From Eledone cirrhosa (Eukaryota), in contig OZ024746.1 of assembly GCA_964016885.1 (NCBI GenBank), positions 56,978,001-57,042,000 on the forward strand: a stretch of DNA of 64,000 nt. Reading direction: 5' to 3'. A model generated the notes under the pieces. That model was not told where the DNA came from and ran no database searches. It saw nothing but the letters and a program-made list of their open reading frames with translations. Shown piece by piece: positions 29,560 through 43,857 of the stretch. The stretch's first letter is position 1. Every line of letters starts with the position of its first letter. The position numbers were made by a program, and so were the translations under genes.

Positions 29560-30754
29560 CCTGACTACATATAGCTTCCTTCACTGGTTCCTGCCCCTTA
29601 CCCCTATGGTTTGTGATGTTCCAAGTTCCAATTTTCAGGGTTTTTATCCTTCTGAGCCCTATTTGGGGTCGTCTCGGGAATCGCAATATATTTACGTTCA
29701 TCCCACGCCTCCCAGGACAAATCGCAGGTTCGTCACCAGTTTTGGGGATAGGGACTTGAGACTGCAAATGTTTTTCAAGCTTACCCCTCTAACTATGGCC
29801 AGATCGCATTTCTTATTAACCTGCGAGCAAGACAATATGGTATAGCTCTGTTTTGTACCTCTCACCACATTGCAATATGGGATCGACGGTCATTGTCTTG
29901 TTGCTCTCATATCTCTATACGCATGTGGGAGGCGGATCCACCATGGGTGCGCACTGTCACTTCTCCGAACAGGACTGAATGCACAGCGAGGTTGAAAGTG
30001 GTATCATTACTGGCAGGTTTAATATCAGACGGCTTGTATTTGCAGGTGTCATGGTGTACTTAACTCGAGAAAAGATGATATCCGACTTGCACTAGATATG
30101 TTTCTGCTATAAGCTTCATGGCTGGAATGAAAACCAGTGATGCGATATCGGAGACACTCGTCCTCTCAAAGAAGCCTGCCAAGTGCACCGTACCTGTGAA
30201 GCATCTCGGGGACGTGTTCAGGAGTGATGGAAGGCAGGAGGCTGAAATAAGTACAAGAATTCATCATGCGATAATCAGAAATAGAGAGGCAGATGTAAAA
30301 AACAAACTCACTATTTTCAATTCGGTATTCGTGCCAAACCTTATCTATGGCCATGAATATTTGGTAATGATCGAACGAATACGATCGCGAATACCGGCGA
30401 CCGACATTGGGTTCCTCCGAAAGGACATTGGAGTACCATTACTCGATAGAGTGCGTAGCTCAGATATCAGAGGGTCACTCCACGGGGTGTCGTTACTTCT
30501 CCGAAATGAGAGATCAACGCTCCAATACTATGAGCATGTCTATGGAAAGAATCACTGGACAGATTTTGCAGGCAAAAACAACCGATAAAAGACCCGAGGG
30601 TAAATAGCCGTCAATAATCTTCAATAATATCCCTGAGCTTTGCTTGAGGGTCCAGTTGGATCAGTTGGAGACGGTTGCTTTTGACAAGACCCGCTTGAAG
30701 TAGTGTTTGAGGACTCTGTCCCCACGATCCTCTCAGGAATAAGTGGGCGAAAAA
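29560..30754 (+). mobile_element. Decayed RTE-like non-LTR element (RT C-terminus on +, APE N-terminus fragment on -)
   Basis: KHLG..DGRQEAEISTRI, KLTIFNSVFVPNLIYGHE and LLDRVRSSDIR on +; TLKIGTWNI on -. Followed by (GAA)n. Confidence 0.7.
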
Positions 30755-30874
30755 GAAGAAGAAGAAGAAGAAGAAGAAGAAGAAGAAGAAGAAGAAGAAG
30801 AAGAAGAAGAAGAAGAAGAAGAAGAAGAAGAAGAAGAAGAAGAAGAAGAAGAAGAAGAAGAAGAAGAAGAAGAA
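30755..30874. repeat. (GAA)~40 microsatellite
   Basis: Perfect run, possibly the RTE 3' tail. Confidence 0.95.
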
Positions 30875-33215
30875 ACAAACTAAAACATTCTGGAGAGGAA
30901 TATGGGAGCAGGAAGTTAAACATAATGACCAGGCAGTGTGGATTGAGACAGTGCAGAAGGAGATTAGTGAACAGGCACACCAACAAACTGATTTGAGTAT
31001 CACAGTTGAAACTCTTAAGGGGCAGGCCAAAAAACTAACCAACTGGAAATCACCAGGCCCAGATGGTGTGCGGGGGTATTGGATTAAAAATATAACATCC
31101 CTCCACCCGAAACTGACAACCATGTTCAATGATTGCTTGATGTCAGGTGAGATACCAGAGTGGTTGACAAAAGGTACCACAGTTCTGATAATGAAAGACC
31201 GAATCAAGGGTAATGATGTTACCAACTATAGACCTATCACATGTCTGTCTGTAATGTGGAAACTGTTGACAAGCATTATGTCTGAGGAAATCTACCATCA
31301 CCTCCACACAAACAACTTGTTACCGGACGAACAGAAAGGATGCCGAAAGAAGTCACGTGGTACAAAGGACCAGTTACTTATTGATAAGATGGTAATGAGG
31401 AATTGCAGGAGGAGACACACTGGTCTTGCCATGGGATGGATAGACTACAAAAAGGCATTTGACATGGTGCCTCATTCTTGGATCACCAAAAGCCTTGAGA
31501 TCTTCAAGGTGGCAGATAACATCAGACAGTTGTTGGGCAAAATAGGAAGTCCTGGGAAACAGAGTTAACATCAACTGGAGAATCCTTGGGAAGCGTGAAG
31601 ATCAAGAGAGGTATCTTCCAGGGTGATAGTCTGTCCCCTCTGTTGTTTTTCTTTGCCCTGATGCCCCTGACCAGTGTACTGCGAAAAGTGAGAGCAGGAT
31701 ACAGGTTGGGAAAGGGAGGGCTTACCATCAATCACCTCATCTTCAGGGACGATCTTAAGCTCTTCGGGAAGAGTGAGAAGGAGTTGCATGTGCTTGTTGA
31801 CACTGTCCGTATTTTCAGCAATGATATATGTATGCAATTTGGTATTAGTAAGTGTGGAGTCATTGTGATGAAGAGGGGTAAGTTGAGCAGAGGTAACGGA
31901 ATCCAGGTACCAACAGGTGAGATGATAAAGGAAATTGACTCTGAAGAAGGATACAAGTATTTGGGCGTTCAGGAGGCTGACATCAAGAACAAAAAAATGA
32001 AGGAATTGATAAGAACTGAATACATTCGGAGAGTAAGGAACGTATTAAAGTCACATCTAAACAGTAAGAATGCCATAAGTGCAGTAAATTCCCGAGCTGT
32101 GTCTATTATTAGGTACAGTGCGGGAATTCTGAGATGGAATGTTGCTGAACAAAAAGAAATGGATAGGAAGACTAGGAAGATATTGACTATCTACAACATG
32201 TTCCACGAGAGGAGTGATGTCGATAGACTCCACTTAAGGAGATCTGAAGGTGCAAGAGGTCTTATCAGCATAGAGGACTGTGTTCAGATGGAGAAAAACA
32301 ACCTACACAAATACGTGACTGATAGTAAGGAGCCAATGCTCAGATCTGTACTGAAGGAGGGGACAATAGGCCAGGGGATGTCCAAGGAGGAAATAACCTC
32401 AAGGAGAAAGAGCAGCCTTCAGGAAAAATCCCTTCATAGTACCTTCTTTGAGAAAACTGAATTTAGAGATCCACAGACATGGAACTGGTTGAAAAGAGGA
32501 GACCTTCAAAATGCTACAGAAGGAATGTTAATGGCTGCGCAGGAGCAGGTCCTCAAAACGAAGTGGTTGAAACACCATATTTACAAGGAGGAGGCTAGCC
32601 CACTCTGCAGGATCTGTGGAGAGAGGAGACTGTGGCTCACATTGTATCCGAGTGTAAACACCTAGACCAGACTCATTATAAGGGCTGGAGACATGATGTG
32701 ATGGTCAGGGCGATTCACTGGCACCTATGCAATGTAGGCGGTGATAGAAACCGATCAGGTGAAGGTGCTGTGGGATTTTAGGATACAGACGGACAAGAAA
32801 CTTCAACACAATAGACCTGACCTGGTGGTTGTGGACAAAGAAAAAAGATCGTGCCTGATTGAGGATGTACCCTGCCCATTTGACACGAGAGTGCAAGAGG
32901 AAGAAAGGGAGAAAAGTAACCGATACCAGGACTTAAAGTGGGAGGTAAAAAGAATTTGGAACTGCCATGAAGTCAAAGTGATCCCGATTGTCATGGGCGC
33001 ACTAGGGACTATCTCAAAATGTTTCCAGGGATGGTTAAAGAAAATTGGCTCCTTCACGCTTTTTGGAACGCTTCAAAACGCATGCTTGCTGGGAATAGCA
33101 AGAACCCTCCGATACGTTCTGAATATCTAGGGCTGCAGGTAGTGGCTTGATATTCATTTCAACAAACTTTCCAGTTAACTAACATCAATGACTGAGACAC
33201 AAAGAGTAATAACAA
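30875..33215 (+). mobile_element. R4/Dong-type retrotransposon copy 1 (5'-truncated, frameshifted)
   Basis: ORFs 30936, 31586 and 32741 match the 43919 ORF. RT motif is degenerate (FRDD). RPDL..D RLE present. Shared 3' UTR ends in decayed (TAA)n. Confidence 0.9.
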
Positions 33216-33498
33216 TGATAATACTAATAATAGTAATAATAATATTTATAATAATGTTTTCTTTATTAACCACAAGGGTTCACATAAAGTAGACATTAAG
33301 GACAGTACAGGACAATACAGGACGGTACAAATGGGCATTTCTGCGTGTAAAAAAACAGAGGTTGAAATAAAAAAAGAAAGAAAAATTCCCCAATAGGGGG
33401 GAGACTTCCAAGGGACATTTGTGGAGAAAGCCCATTAAAAGACCACAGTGGCCCTGACCACCAGGGCAAGTGCCCTCTCCAAGTTTTCCACCTTTAAT

Positions 33499-36400
33499 TT
33501 ACAGACACATACTCAGAGAAGGCCCATTCATTCGGGCCATACTTGCTTCTCTCACCCATCTTTCAACAAAATGCTGGGAAGAGAGCACTTCCCTCTCTAC
33601 CCTGATTTTCCTTTTCAAATGAAATTTGAAAAAGTTAATCAGGGCATCACCGAAGAGGTAAGTGCTCGTTTTCAGCGCTTTCAAACGTGTCCACCATACT
33701 ATCTCTTTCGCCATGGCCACCAGACAGATAAAAACTGCCTGCCCTTCCAGGCTAAAGGAAGGGGGCGGGGCAATCCTCACGATGGACTCAGCTGATAGCT
33801 GGATCCGTCCTACACGTGACAGCAGGTGTTCGACATAAACCCACAAGTCAGCAATGCTCGGACACTGGACGAGTGCGTGCAGGACGGTTTCGTCGCCCTG
33901 CGCGCATCTCGGACATGCCCGGCTGACGGCACCTCCATGCCTGTAGAGTTTATCCCGAACTGGCAAAGCGCCTCGGTAGCACTGCCAGGCCAGGGATTTC
34001 TGGAAGTTGTCCATAGGCCCCGGCCCGAAAGTCCTTCCGAAGAGATTGGCTAGTTGATTTTCGTCGACGCCTAGAGTTTCTCCAAGTACGTCGTCGCTCT
34101 TCCCCTCCACTAATCCCCTATAGAACGCCAAGGTGGAGTTTCCACCGATCACATTGCCCGATTGGTCGAGGGCTGTGAGCGCCTGAAGACATTCCAGTCT
34201 CCAAGCGCTCCCTCTCGGTCTTCGCTTGACCCAGGACTGCAGCTCCGTCAAGGAGACGAGCTGGGGAAAAACGTGTCTTGCAAACGGCGACCACACCTGA
34301 TCACCGTCGAGGAAGAGGTGGAGATGTCGTATCCTGAGCGCGTGTCTGCGCATCATCAGCACGGCATGCCCAGCCCTCCACGTAGCGGGTGTTGACAGCA
34401 GATGGACCGCCTGACCATCGGAGCGCGTCCCTTCCACAAGAAGCGAAAGAGCAAACGCTCCAGCGCCGTCATGCGGGGCTTAGGACAAGGTACGACGGTC
34501 AGGCGGTAGTAGATGACGGATGCGATGTACGCATTCGCCACCTCCGCTCGACCTTTCAGGGATAGCTTCCTCTCGGCCCATTTCTGGGTGAGAGAAGCCA
34601 CCCTGCTCGTCACCTCGTCCCAGTTTTTGTCCGTCTGGAGGTCTGGACCGAACCAGACCCCTAGCAATTTAACCGGTCCGTCCGTCCAGCGCCCGGCGGC
34701 GCTGTTGGACGACATGGACCTGCCTCTCCAGGTGCCGAGCTGCAGGCCCACTGACTTTTCCTGGTTGATCATTGCTCCTGTCACCGCTTCGTATTCTCTT
34801 AGTGTAGTGCCGATCGCCTCGATGTGTTTGGCGTTCGACACCACTACGGTGACATCGTCGGCATATGCTGACACGGATCTTCCGCATCCTAGTTCGCGCG
34901 GGACCCCCCTCAACGTCTCCAGTTTGTCCAGTAATGGCTCGAGAGTCAATACGTACAATAGGGACGAGAGGGGACATCCTTGGCGGACCGAGCGCATGAT
35001 GTTGAACGGTTCCGAAAGGTGACCGTTCACTCTCACTACAGAGCAGATGTCGCTGTGCATGGCAACGATCCAGCCTCTGAAGACGGGCCCAAAGCCAGCC
35101 GCCCTCAGGACTGCCGTTAGGTAACGATGGTCGACCCTATCGAAGGCTTTCGACTGATCTAAATTGATCAAAGACCCACCCGTGCCAGGTTCCCTAGCTA
35201 CCCTCTCTACGATGTATCGCTTGAGGTGGAGGTTGTCGTGGATGGATCTGTCGGGAATGGCGCATATCTGTGCCTCTCCCACCAGACCACTAACGACAAG
35301 CGCCAACCTCTTTGCTAGCACCTTGGCCAAAATCTTGAACTCTGTGTTTAGCAGAGTTATGGGCCTAAAATTATCTATGTTATCCCCCTTGTTCGGATCC
35401 TTTCTCAGCAGCGCCACCGCTCCTCGGCTCACAGAGCTGGGAATTCTCCCGTTCTGTTGCCAGTTGCAGTAGACGTCCTCCAAGAGGCCTCCGAACAAGT
35501 TAGGCATTTGTACGTAAAGTTCATACGGCAGACCATCCAAACCAGGCGATTTACCCCTTGTGCAACTAGTCATTGCATCCCGTACTTCAGCGGTTGTTAT
35601 CGGCTTTTCGCAACACTCCGCCTCAGTGGGCGAAAGCCGCGGCAGTCCGTCGAGGTAGACACTAAAGTCCATCCCTCGATCCGGCCCGCCACTGCCCCCG
35701 AACAGTTGAGCGAAGTGTCGCTGAAAAGCTTCACACATTTGCCCGGGATCGAGTAGCATGCGCCCGTCGTGGTCCACCAAAGACCGGATTGTGGCTTTGT
35801 TGTCACGACGCGCCTCCGTCACTCGGGCCCATTGAACGGCTTTCGTCCCCTCGTGTCTGACAGCACGCACCCTAGCTCTGACAACGCAGCCTTCGTGATT
35901 TGAATTGAAGAATTGGTCAAGGGCCAATTTCGCCGCAAGTACGTCGGTCGCGATGCCTTTGCTAAGCGCCTCATCTAATTTTCTAACTAATTCTCCCTCT
36001 GCTCTATTTTTCTCTATTGCTAAAGTCTTACTAAACCTAATGGACTCTATTCTAATCGCTCTTTTCAGAGCAAACCACCACTTGTTGTTGACGATGGCCC
36101 CCGTCAACGCCCGCTTAACTAGTTCGCTAATCGGTTCTCTGTAGGCCTTGCGCGCTGGTAAGGACGCGTTTAACTTCCAGTAGCCGGGTCCTCGTCTATG
36201 AAGCCTATCTAAGTCAAGCACACAGATCACGAATTTGTGGTCCGTGTAGCTGACTATCTTGAATTGTGGACAGCCTATGCTAGACCTATCTATTTCCCTA
36301 CAAAATACTCTATCTAGATATGATCTGGATGACCCTATGCGATTTGTCCAAGTCCACATTGGTACATTCGGGAAATCCAATCGGTACCTGTCAGACAGTT

Positions 36401-36916
36401 CAAAACGCCTGAGCAGGTTGGTGAGACTCTTGCACCCTCCTTCCCTATCCACTAATCCCACACAATCCCAGCGTGCATCTAAGATCCCGTTCCAGTCGCC
36501 CACTAACACTAAAGAGCGGGACGTTCCAAGAAAGGTCTCCAGACGCCGGAAGAAATCAGGCCGCCCTGCTCCTGTCGGGGCATAGACGGGCACTAGCCTG
36601 AAAGCTTGCCCGTCTCCGCTGGTCACGTCCAGCACCACCAGCTTACCCTCTGGGTCCAGGAAGATGGCCCGTATGGCGAGATCCAAACCTCTCCGAAAAA
36701 GCACAGAAACGCTTGCCCCCGATCCAGGACGGCTGGGAGCGCGTACACATCGTAGCCGCCGAATATCGGTGCGAAGGCAGTTGCTTCGGGGATTCTGGTC
36801 TTGCTGATGGCCACTACATCTATGTTTAGTGACCTGAGGTCGTTGAGCAGGTGGCCCTGCTTCCATGACGACCCCAAGCCACGCGCATTTATGCTGCCTA
36901 TTCTGAGTGAGGTCAT
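33499..36916 (-). pseudogene. Tx1-like ORF2 (APE endonuclease, RT, C-terminal zinc finger), two frameshifts
   Basis: GSINARGL, GDWN, SYLDR, TDHK, GYWKLN, KSPGLDGLPYE, RPITLLN, LDQSKAFDRV, RQGCPLS, AYADD, CPRCAQGDETVLHALVQC. Frameshifts near 36750 and 34390. Confidence 0.9.
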
Positions 36917-36950
36917 GTTGAAAAGGAGTGGAAAAGATGGGAAAGACCAC

Positions 36951-39057
36951 TTACCGTACTTTTCGTAGAGGAGGGATGGTTTTTACATCCCTTTTCACTT
37001 GATCGTCTGGTGAAGGGACCGTTGAATCGTCCCTTCGGCTGGTCGTAGGCTCTTCTATGAGTTTGTCCGAATATACTCTTCGATTGATAGTTCCTCCTAG
37101 GTCCCTGAAATCACCAACTGCGTTGGGGAATTTCGTTTTAATGTTTGTGTATTGTTTCTGTGCTATTTTTAGCAGTCTTATGTTAGTTGGCGTTTTGATT
37201 AGTGCTGGTATTATGTAGTCGTGTTGTGAAATGTCTGTGTGTTCAATTATGTAAGTCATTAGTTTCTTGTTGTGTTTATTTATTGCCGTGCATTTGTTTT
37301 TCTGGGGGTGGGGTGTGGTTCTGCTATTTTCTTGCCGTTGTTACTGGTTGTGTGTGTTTTGTTGTTGTGTTTGCGATGTTGGTGCTTGTGGTGGTGGTGT
37401 TGAAGGCGTTGTTGGCGGTGGGGTTGTCGCCGGTGGTGATGGTGGTGCTAGTGTGGGTGGTGATGGTGTTGGTGGTGTTGCTACTGTGAGTCTCTTTGCA
37501 GTAGACTTTACCCTTTTCTCATTTCTTTCCTCCCTTTTCAAAGGCGACGATGCGCTGCTTCTGCGTTTGTGCCTTCTTACGCTTTTTTGCCATCCCTCTC
37601 CCACCTCACACTCCATGTCTGATTCTGTGAGGTCGGGGAGGGGTACCAGCCCCACTCTTTCACTTGTTGTTGTTGGTGATGTTTGCACTGGAGTCTCGGT
37701 TGCAGCTGCATTTGGTATTGCTGTTGTTGTTAATATTTCCACTGCTGCTGCTGCTTTTGATTTCCGTGGCGTGGGTATGGGTGCCACGGACCTATGGTTC
37801 CTGGTTGCCGCTTGTCCTGTTGATGGTAGCCGTGGAGCCGGTTTCGGAAGGAGGGGGGTTTTCTCCTTTCTCAGGGTCTTCTCGTTGCAGAAGGCGCTGA
37901 GGTGAGTCTTTGATCCACAGCGAAAGCATTTCGGGCGTTTGCCCTCAACACTTATGGGCAGTTGAGTGCCGTTATGGAAGTCTATCACATCCGGGATAGC
38001 TTCGATGCACTCATGGTTGGTTTGGATTAGCATCTCAATGGAGGTGCCGACCCAATCTTCTCTTACTTTTTTCTTTACTTGCAGTACAGTTGTTTTGTCC
38101 ACGATTCCGACGAGGACAGACGCGGCCAGCCAAGAAGAGGCCATCCCGGGAGGGACGTGTGTCAGTTTGACGCTCACAATTTTTTGCCCGCAGTAGGAGG
38201 GCACCAACACCATTTCCTCGCTCCTTAGGGTCACTACGGATTGAGCCTTTGCCTCCTGGGGTGTGGCAAAAAGTACGTCTACGCTGGCATATGTTTTGCC
38301 TCGGGTGATGTGCGTTTTCCGCTGCCACACAGACCCCAAGGCTTTTTGTATTTGAGCCTCTGTGGCTCTTTCAACCCTACGGGATTTTGTACTTACTGTA
38401 CGGTACGTGACCGTACAGTGCTGTTGGGTTTCGAAAAATGTTTCCGCTGCCTTGCAGATTGCTCGGTGTCCGGTCTTTGTCACCATCTTCTTCGCTGCCT
38501 CTAATTCCTCATTTTGTTATGAGGATTGTTTCCAGGTTTTTCGCAATACCTGCAAATGAGATTGGTTTTTCTTTGCTGCTGTTGTTGTTGTTGTCGTCAG
38601 AGTTGCTGTTACTTTTGTTGTTGCTGCAGGTACTACGACTACTGCCTCCGCCGCTGTTGCTGTGGTTGTTGTTGGTGTTGCTGCTGCTAATGCTGTTGTT
38701 GTTTATGCTGCTGGTGATGCTGTTGCGGCTGATACTGTTGTTTTCATATTCACTGTTGCTGTTGTTATTACGGCTGCTACTGCTATTATTCCTGACGTCA
38801 GACGAATGAAATGGGTTTTCGTATTTCCCGCACACCTGTTTCGTCGTTGTCGTCGTCGTCGTGGAGAAATCTTGCACGCTTTGCACGAGACTTATCTTTT
38901 TTGTCGTCGCTTGCGAAAGAGAAGGGAGGGAGAGAGACAATCTTCTCTCTGCTGTAGTGATGATTGAGCAAGAAGAAGACGGAATGAGTGGGAGTGACCT
39001 ATGAACATTCTTTTCGTAGCCATATTGTTTTTTTTGTTTAAAATAAATATTGGGCAC
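36951..39057 (-). pseudogene. Tx1-like ORF1 (gag-like zinc knuckle), disrupted
   Basis: CFRCGSKTHLSAFC. ORF 36951-37259 is in frame with 37341-38486 across a stop in a Gln-rich tract; probable 1-nt frameshift near 38510. Confidence 0.7.
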
Positions 39058-40154
39058 AAAACCCCAACAAGCACATATTTAACCCCGAAGGGCCAAATAA
39101 CGGGCAGAAAGACTCCTCTCACGAGGAGGAGGGTGTTTTTGTCTACAAGTTCCTTAAAGTTTTAAACAATTTACAATTGTTATAGCGTTCAAAATTTACA
39201 ATACCTTACAGAGCCGAGCCTCCGTCCACCATAGCAGTCAATAATAATAATAATAATAATACGCACGAGGTGGTAGAAGGTCGTGAAATCGCTCCCGTTA
39301 GTTTTGAATTTTTAACATATTTAAATCATTTGTGAAATAACAACTCTTAGTACAAATGTTACGTAAAGCAGCCGGCTTGAGCCCCCAAAAAATTCGGACC
39401 CAAAATATATTGTTATAAGGCTCAAACATTCAAATATTCAACTTTGTATTGTACATTATATATTCAAAAAAGAAAATGGCTATAAATGGAAGAAGAAGAC
39501 CCCCCCTCCTCTGTCTACACTATATAGAACAGCCAAACAACACCAATCTCACCAACACCAGAAACTAGATACACCACCTACCTCATCACTTCTCGGTGTA
39601 CACTAAACACAACAGCCAGATAACGGCAACGTCACCACCACCACTACCACTACCACTATCCCATCACCGCCGCCACCACTCCTTCATTGCTACCACCGCT
39701 ACAACACCTTCACTAAAGTAATACGACCACATCACCACCACCACTGCCTAAGTATCGACATCACCACCACCACTGTCTCAGTATCGCTACCGCCGCTATT
39801 CTCTCCCTTTGCTTCCTGCTAATTGCTGCTAGCACAGAACTGCCACCACATTATAGAATTCCTACTAATAAAGAGGAAGGCATCAATATATATAGATAGA
39901 CTCAAAAGAAAAAACAAAAATCAAAACCAAAGCAGCACAGCAACAACAAAAAAAAAAAAAAAGAAAAACAAACAGAGAAAAACAAAAACAAAAAAAACGT
40001 AAAGAAAATAAGAATGAAGAGAGAAACAAGCGGACAGGCAGAGAAGAGAAGGGAAAAACTAAGTCAGACATTCGAACATTACATTACAATGAAACTTATG
40101 CTCATTCATTTTTGGGTTTTTTTCTGCCTCTTTGTTTGTTTGTTTATTTGTATT

Positions 40155-43100
40155 CGTCTACAGCGTGGTGATAATGCCACACAAGAGCCAAGTGGAGCGG
40201 CGCAACCACCGGAGACGGGGAATCCACAGATGATCATGTAACCATACATTCGCCAATCCTCGATAAGAGTGTTTAAATATCGAACCTAAACAGTTCGAAT
40301 AACGGTGAAATGGAGACTAGAACGTCATGTGACAGACTCTCAGCCAACAGGTGCTCCCTGGATCAGCAGCAGGAACCTGGGTGTCAACCAAATACTGCTG
40401 GTGTCGGAGGAAGAAGTAGAAGGAAAGGGACCAGAACCAACTGGACGAAATAATTGAATAGAACTGTTATGCAATGTTACCTGAAAAGTAACCCCAAGGA
40501 GAGGGGCTATAGGGGACGGATGCATAACATCTGGAACGAGATTGGTCTATTTAAATTAGATGAACAAAAATTGGCCGGGCAGGCTCGGGTAATAAGAACT
40601 AATGGGTGTATAAGCGAGCTGGAACTGGAGGAACTGAGCAGAGAGATTAGCTTGGAGATGGAGGGTGGAGTATGCCAGGCAAACGAGCCAGTGGAAAATG
40701 AAGGTGAAGAGGTCGAGAGAACGGAGGAACCACCCGAAGCAGACAATGATCTGAATACTGAGATAAATAATACCTGGAACAGAGATACGGCCACTGAGGA
40801 GATGAATGCTGACGGGCTAGGACAAGATTCAGTTGACATCCTAAATTTAGTGGTAGATGAATTGAACAATGATAGTGGGAGACCTATGAACCTAAGATTT
40901 GTAGACAGGAAAAAGTTAAAAGAAACAACAGCTAAGGTAAACAAAGTCATCCCATACCTTGAGGCGAGGAGCCTTCACCAGTGCAACAATATCCTCAAAG
41001 CAACAGCAAATACGGTGAGGAAACTACTTGGTATATAAGCGAGAGGAAACAACAGACAAGAAAGAGCAGAGCCGTGGTGGAAGAAACGACTGAGTGGTCA
41101 AATCGGGGAAATGAGAAATAACATAGGAAAGCTTGAGTCACTACTGAATGGGACACTAAAAAACATAGGCACTAGAAATTGACTGGAAATAAAGTACAAA
41201 ACTAGGAAGAAAAAGCTAAATATTATCATAGAGGAACTGAAGCAATGCATTGTAGCAAAGAGTGCAAAAATCAGGCGATACGAGAACAGAGTCAGTCAGT
41301 ATAAACAGAACCGCATGTTCGACAACAACCAGAAGATGCTGTTTGGACAGCTTGAGGGGAAAGAAAGAGGCAACGACTTGATCCCTGGGGCGGAGCAAAC
41401 TAAAACATTCTGGAGAGGAATATGGGAGCAGGTTGTTAGACATAATGTCCAGGCAGGGTGGATTGAGACAGTACAGAGGGAGATCGGTGAGCAGGCACAC
41501 CAACAAACTGATTTGAGTATCACAGTTGAAACTCTTAAGGGGCAGGCCAAAAAACTAACCAACTGGAAATCACCAGGCCCAGATGGTGTGCAGGGGTATT
41601 GGATTAAAAATTTAACATCCCTCCACCCGAAGCTGACGGCCATGTTAAATGACTGCTTGGTGTCGGGTGAGGTGCCAGAGTGGTTGACAAAAGGTACCAG
41701 AGTTCTGATAATGAAAGACCGAATCAAGAGTAATGATGTTACCAACTATAGACCTATCACATGTCTGTCCGTAATGTGGAAACTGTTGACGAGCATTGTG
41801 TCTGAGGAAATCTACCATCACCTCCACACAAAGAACTTGTTGCCGGACGAACAGAAAGGATGCCGAAAGAAGTCACGTGGTACAAAGGACCAGTTACTTA
41901 TTGATAAGATGGTAATGGGGAATTGCAGGAGGAGACACACTGATCTTGCCATGGGATGGATATACTACAGAAAGGCATTTGACATGGTGCCTCATTCTTG
42001 GATCACCAAAAGCCTGGAGATCTTCAGGGTGGCAGATAACATCAGACAGTTGCTGGGCATGTGTATGGGGTCCTGGGAGACAGAGTTGACATCAACTGGA
42101 GTATCCTTGGGAAGCGTGAAGATCAATAGAGGTATCTTGCAGGGAGATAGCCTGTCCCCACTGTTGTTTGTCCTTGCCCTGATGCCCTTGACCATTATGC
42201 TGCGAAAAGTAAGAGCAGGATACAAGTTGGGAAAGGGAGAGCTTACCATCAATCACCTCCTCTTCATGGACGATCTTAAGCTCTTCGGGAAAAGTGAGAA
42301 GGAGTTGGATGTGCTTGTTGACACTGTCCGTATTTTCAGCAGTGATATATGCATGCAGTTTGGTATTAGTAAATGTGGAGTCATTGTGATGAGAGGGTAG
42401 GTTGAGCAGAAGTAAGGGATCCAGATACCAACAGGTGAGATGATAAAGGAAATTGACTCTGAGGAAGGATACAATCATTTGGGCGTTCAGGAGGCTGATG
42501 GCATAAAGAACAAAAAAATGAAGGAATTGTTAAGAACTGAATACATTCGGAGAGTAAGGAGCGTATTGAAGTCACATCTGAACAGCAGAAATGCCATAAG
42601 CGCAGTAAATTCCCGAGCTGTGTCTATTATTAGGTACAGTGCGGGAATTCTGAGATGGAATGTTGATGAACAAAAAGAAATGGATAGGAAGACTAGGAAG
42701 CTATTGACTATCTACAACATGTTCCACAAGAGGAGTGATGTCGATAGACTCTACCTAAGGAGATCTGAGGGTGGAAGAGGTCTTATCAGCATAGAGGACT
42801 GTGTTCAGATGGAGAAAAACAACATATACAAATACGTGACCTATAGTAAGGAGCCAATGCTCAGAACTGTACTGAAGGAGGGGACAGTAGTCCAGGGGAT
42901 GTCCAAGGAGGAAGTAACATCAAGGAGGAAGAGCAGCCTTAAGGGAAAATCCCTTCATAGTACCTTCTTTGAGAAAACTGAATTCAGAGATCCACAGACA
43001 TGGAACTGGTTGAGAAGAGGAGACCTCAAACAGGTTACTGAAGGAATGCTAATGGCTGCGCAGGAGCAGGCCCTCAAAACGAAGTGGTTGAAGCACCATA

Positions 43101-43781
43101 TTTACAAGGAGGAGGCTAGCCCACTGTGCAGGATCTGTGGAGAGAGTGAGGAGACTGTGGCTCACATTGTGTCCGAGTGTAAACACCTAGCCCAGACCCA
43201 CTATAAGGGCTGGAGACACGATGTGATGGGCAGGGTGATCCACTGGCACCTGTGCAAAGTAAACAATTTACCACATTCTGAGAAATGGTATGAGCATAGG
43301 CCAGAGGCGGTGATGGAGAACAATCAGGTGAAGGTGCTGTGGGATTTTAGGATACAGACGGACAAGAAACTGGAACACAATAGACCTGACCTGGTGGTTG
43401 TGGACAAAGAAAAAAGATCGTCTCTGATTGTGGATGTGGCCTGCCCTTTCGACACGAAGTGCAAGAGAAGGAGAGGGAGAAAATTAACCGATACCAGGAC
43501 CTAAAGTGGGAGGTGAAAAGGATTTGGAACTGCCATGAAGTCAAAGTGATCCCGATTGTCATAGGCGCACTGGGGACTATCTCCAAAAGTTTCCAGGGAT
43601 GGTTAAAGACAATCGGCCCTTTCACGCTTTTTGGAACGCTTCAAAAGGCATGCTTGCTTGGAACAGCAAGAACCCTCCGATACGTCCTGAATATCTGAGG
43701 CTGCAGGTAGTGGCTTGATATTCATTCCAACGGACTTTCCAGTTAACCAACATCAATGACTGAGATTCAAGGAATAACAAC

Positions 43782-43790
<9 letters not shown>
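40155..43790 (+). mobile_element. R4/Dong-type retrotransposon copy 2 (longest 5' end, several frameshifts)
   Basis: ORFs 40454, 41315, 42440 and 43459 match the 43919 ORF. Upstream in-frame ATG at 40310. The 5' boundary is approximate. Confidence 0.9.

Positions 43791-43854
<64 letters not shown>

Positions 43855-43857
<3 letters not shown>

Larger units (their letters stand above)
33255..39239 (-). mobile_element. Near full-length Tx1/L1-clade non-LTR retrotransposon (inactivated)
   Basis: ORF1 with a CCHC knuckle and ORF2 with APE, RT and zinc finger. 3' end is aataaa followed by (TTA)n; 5' end abuts (AAT)7. Confidence 0.9.

Noticed and set aside
30611-30996. Poly-F, poly-L and poly-R ORFs
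   Set aside because: Translations of (GAA)n.
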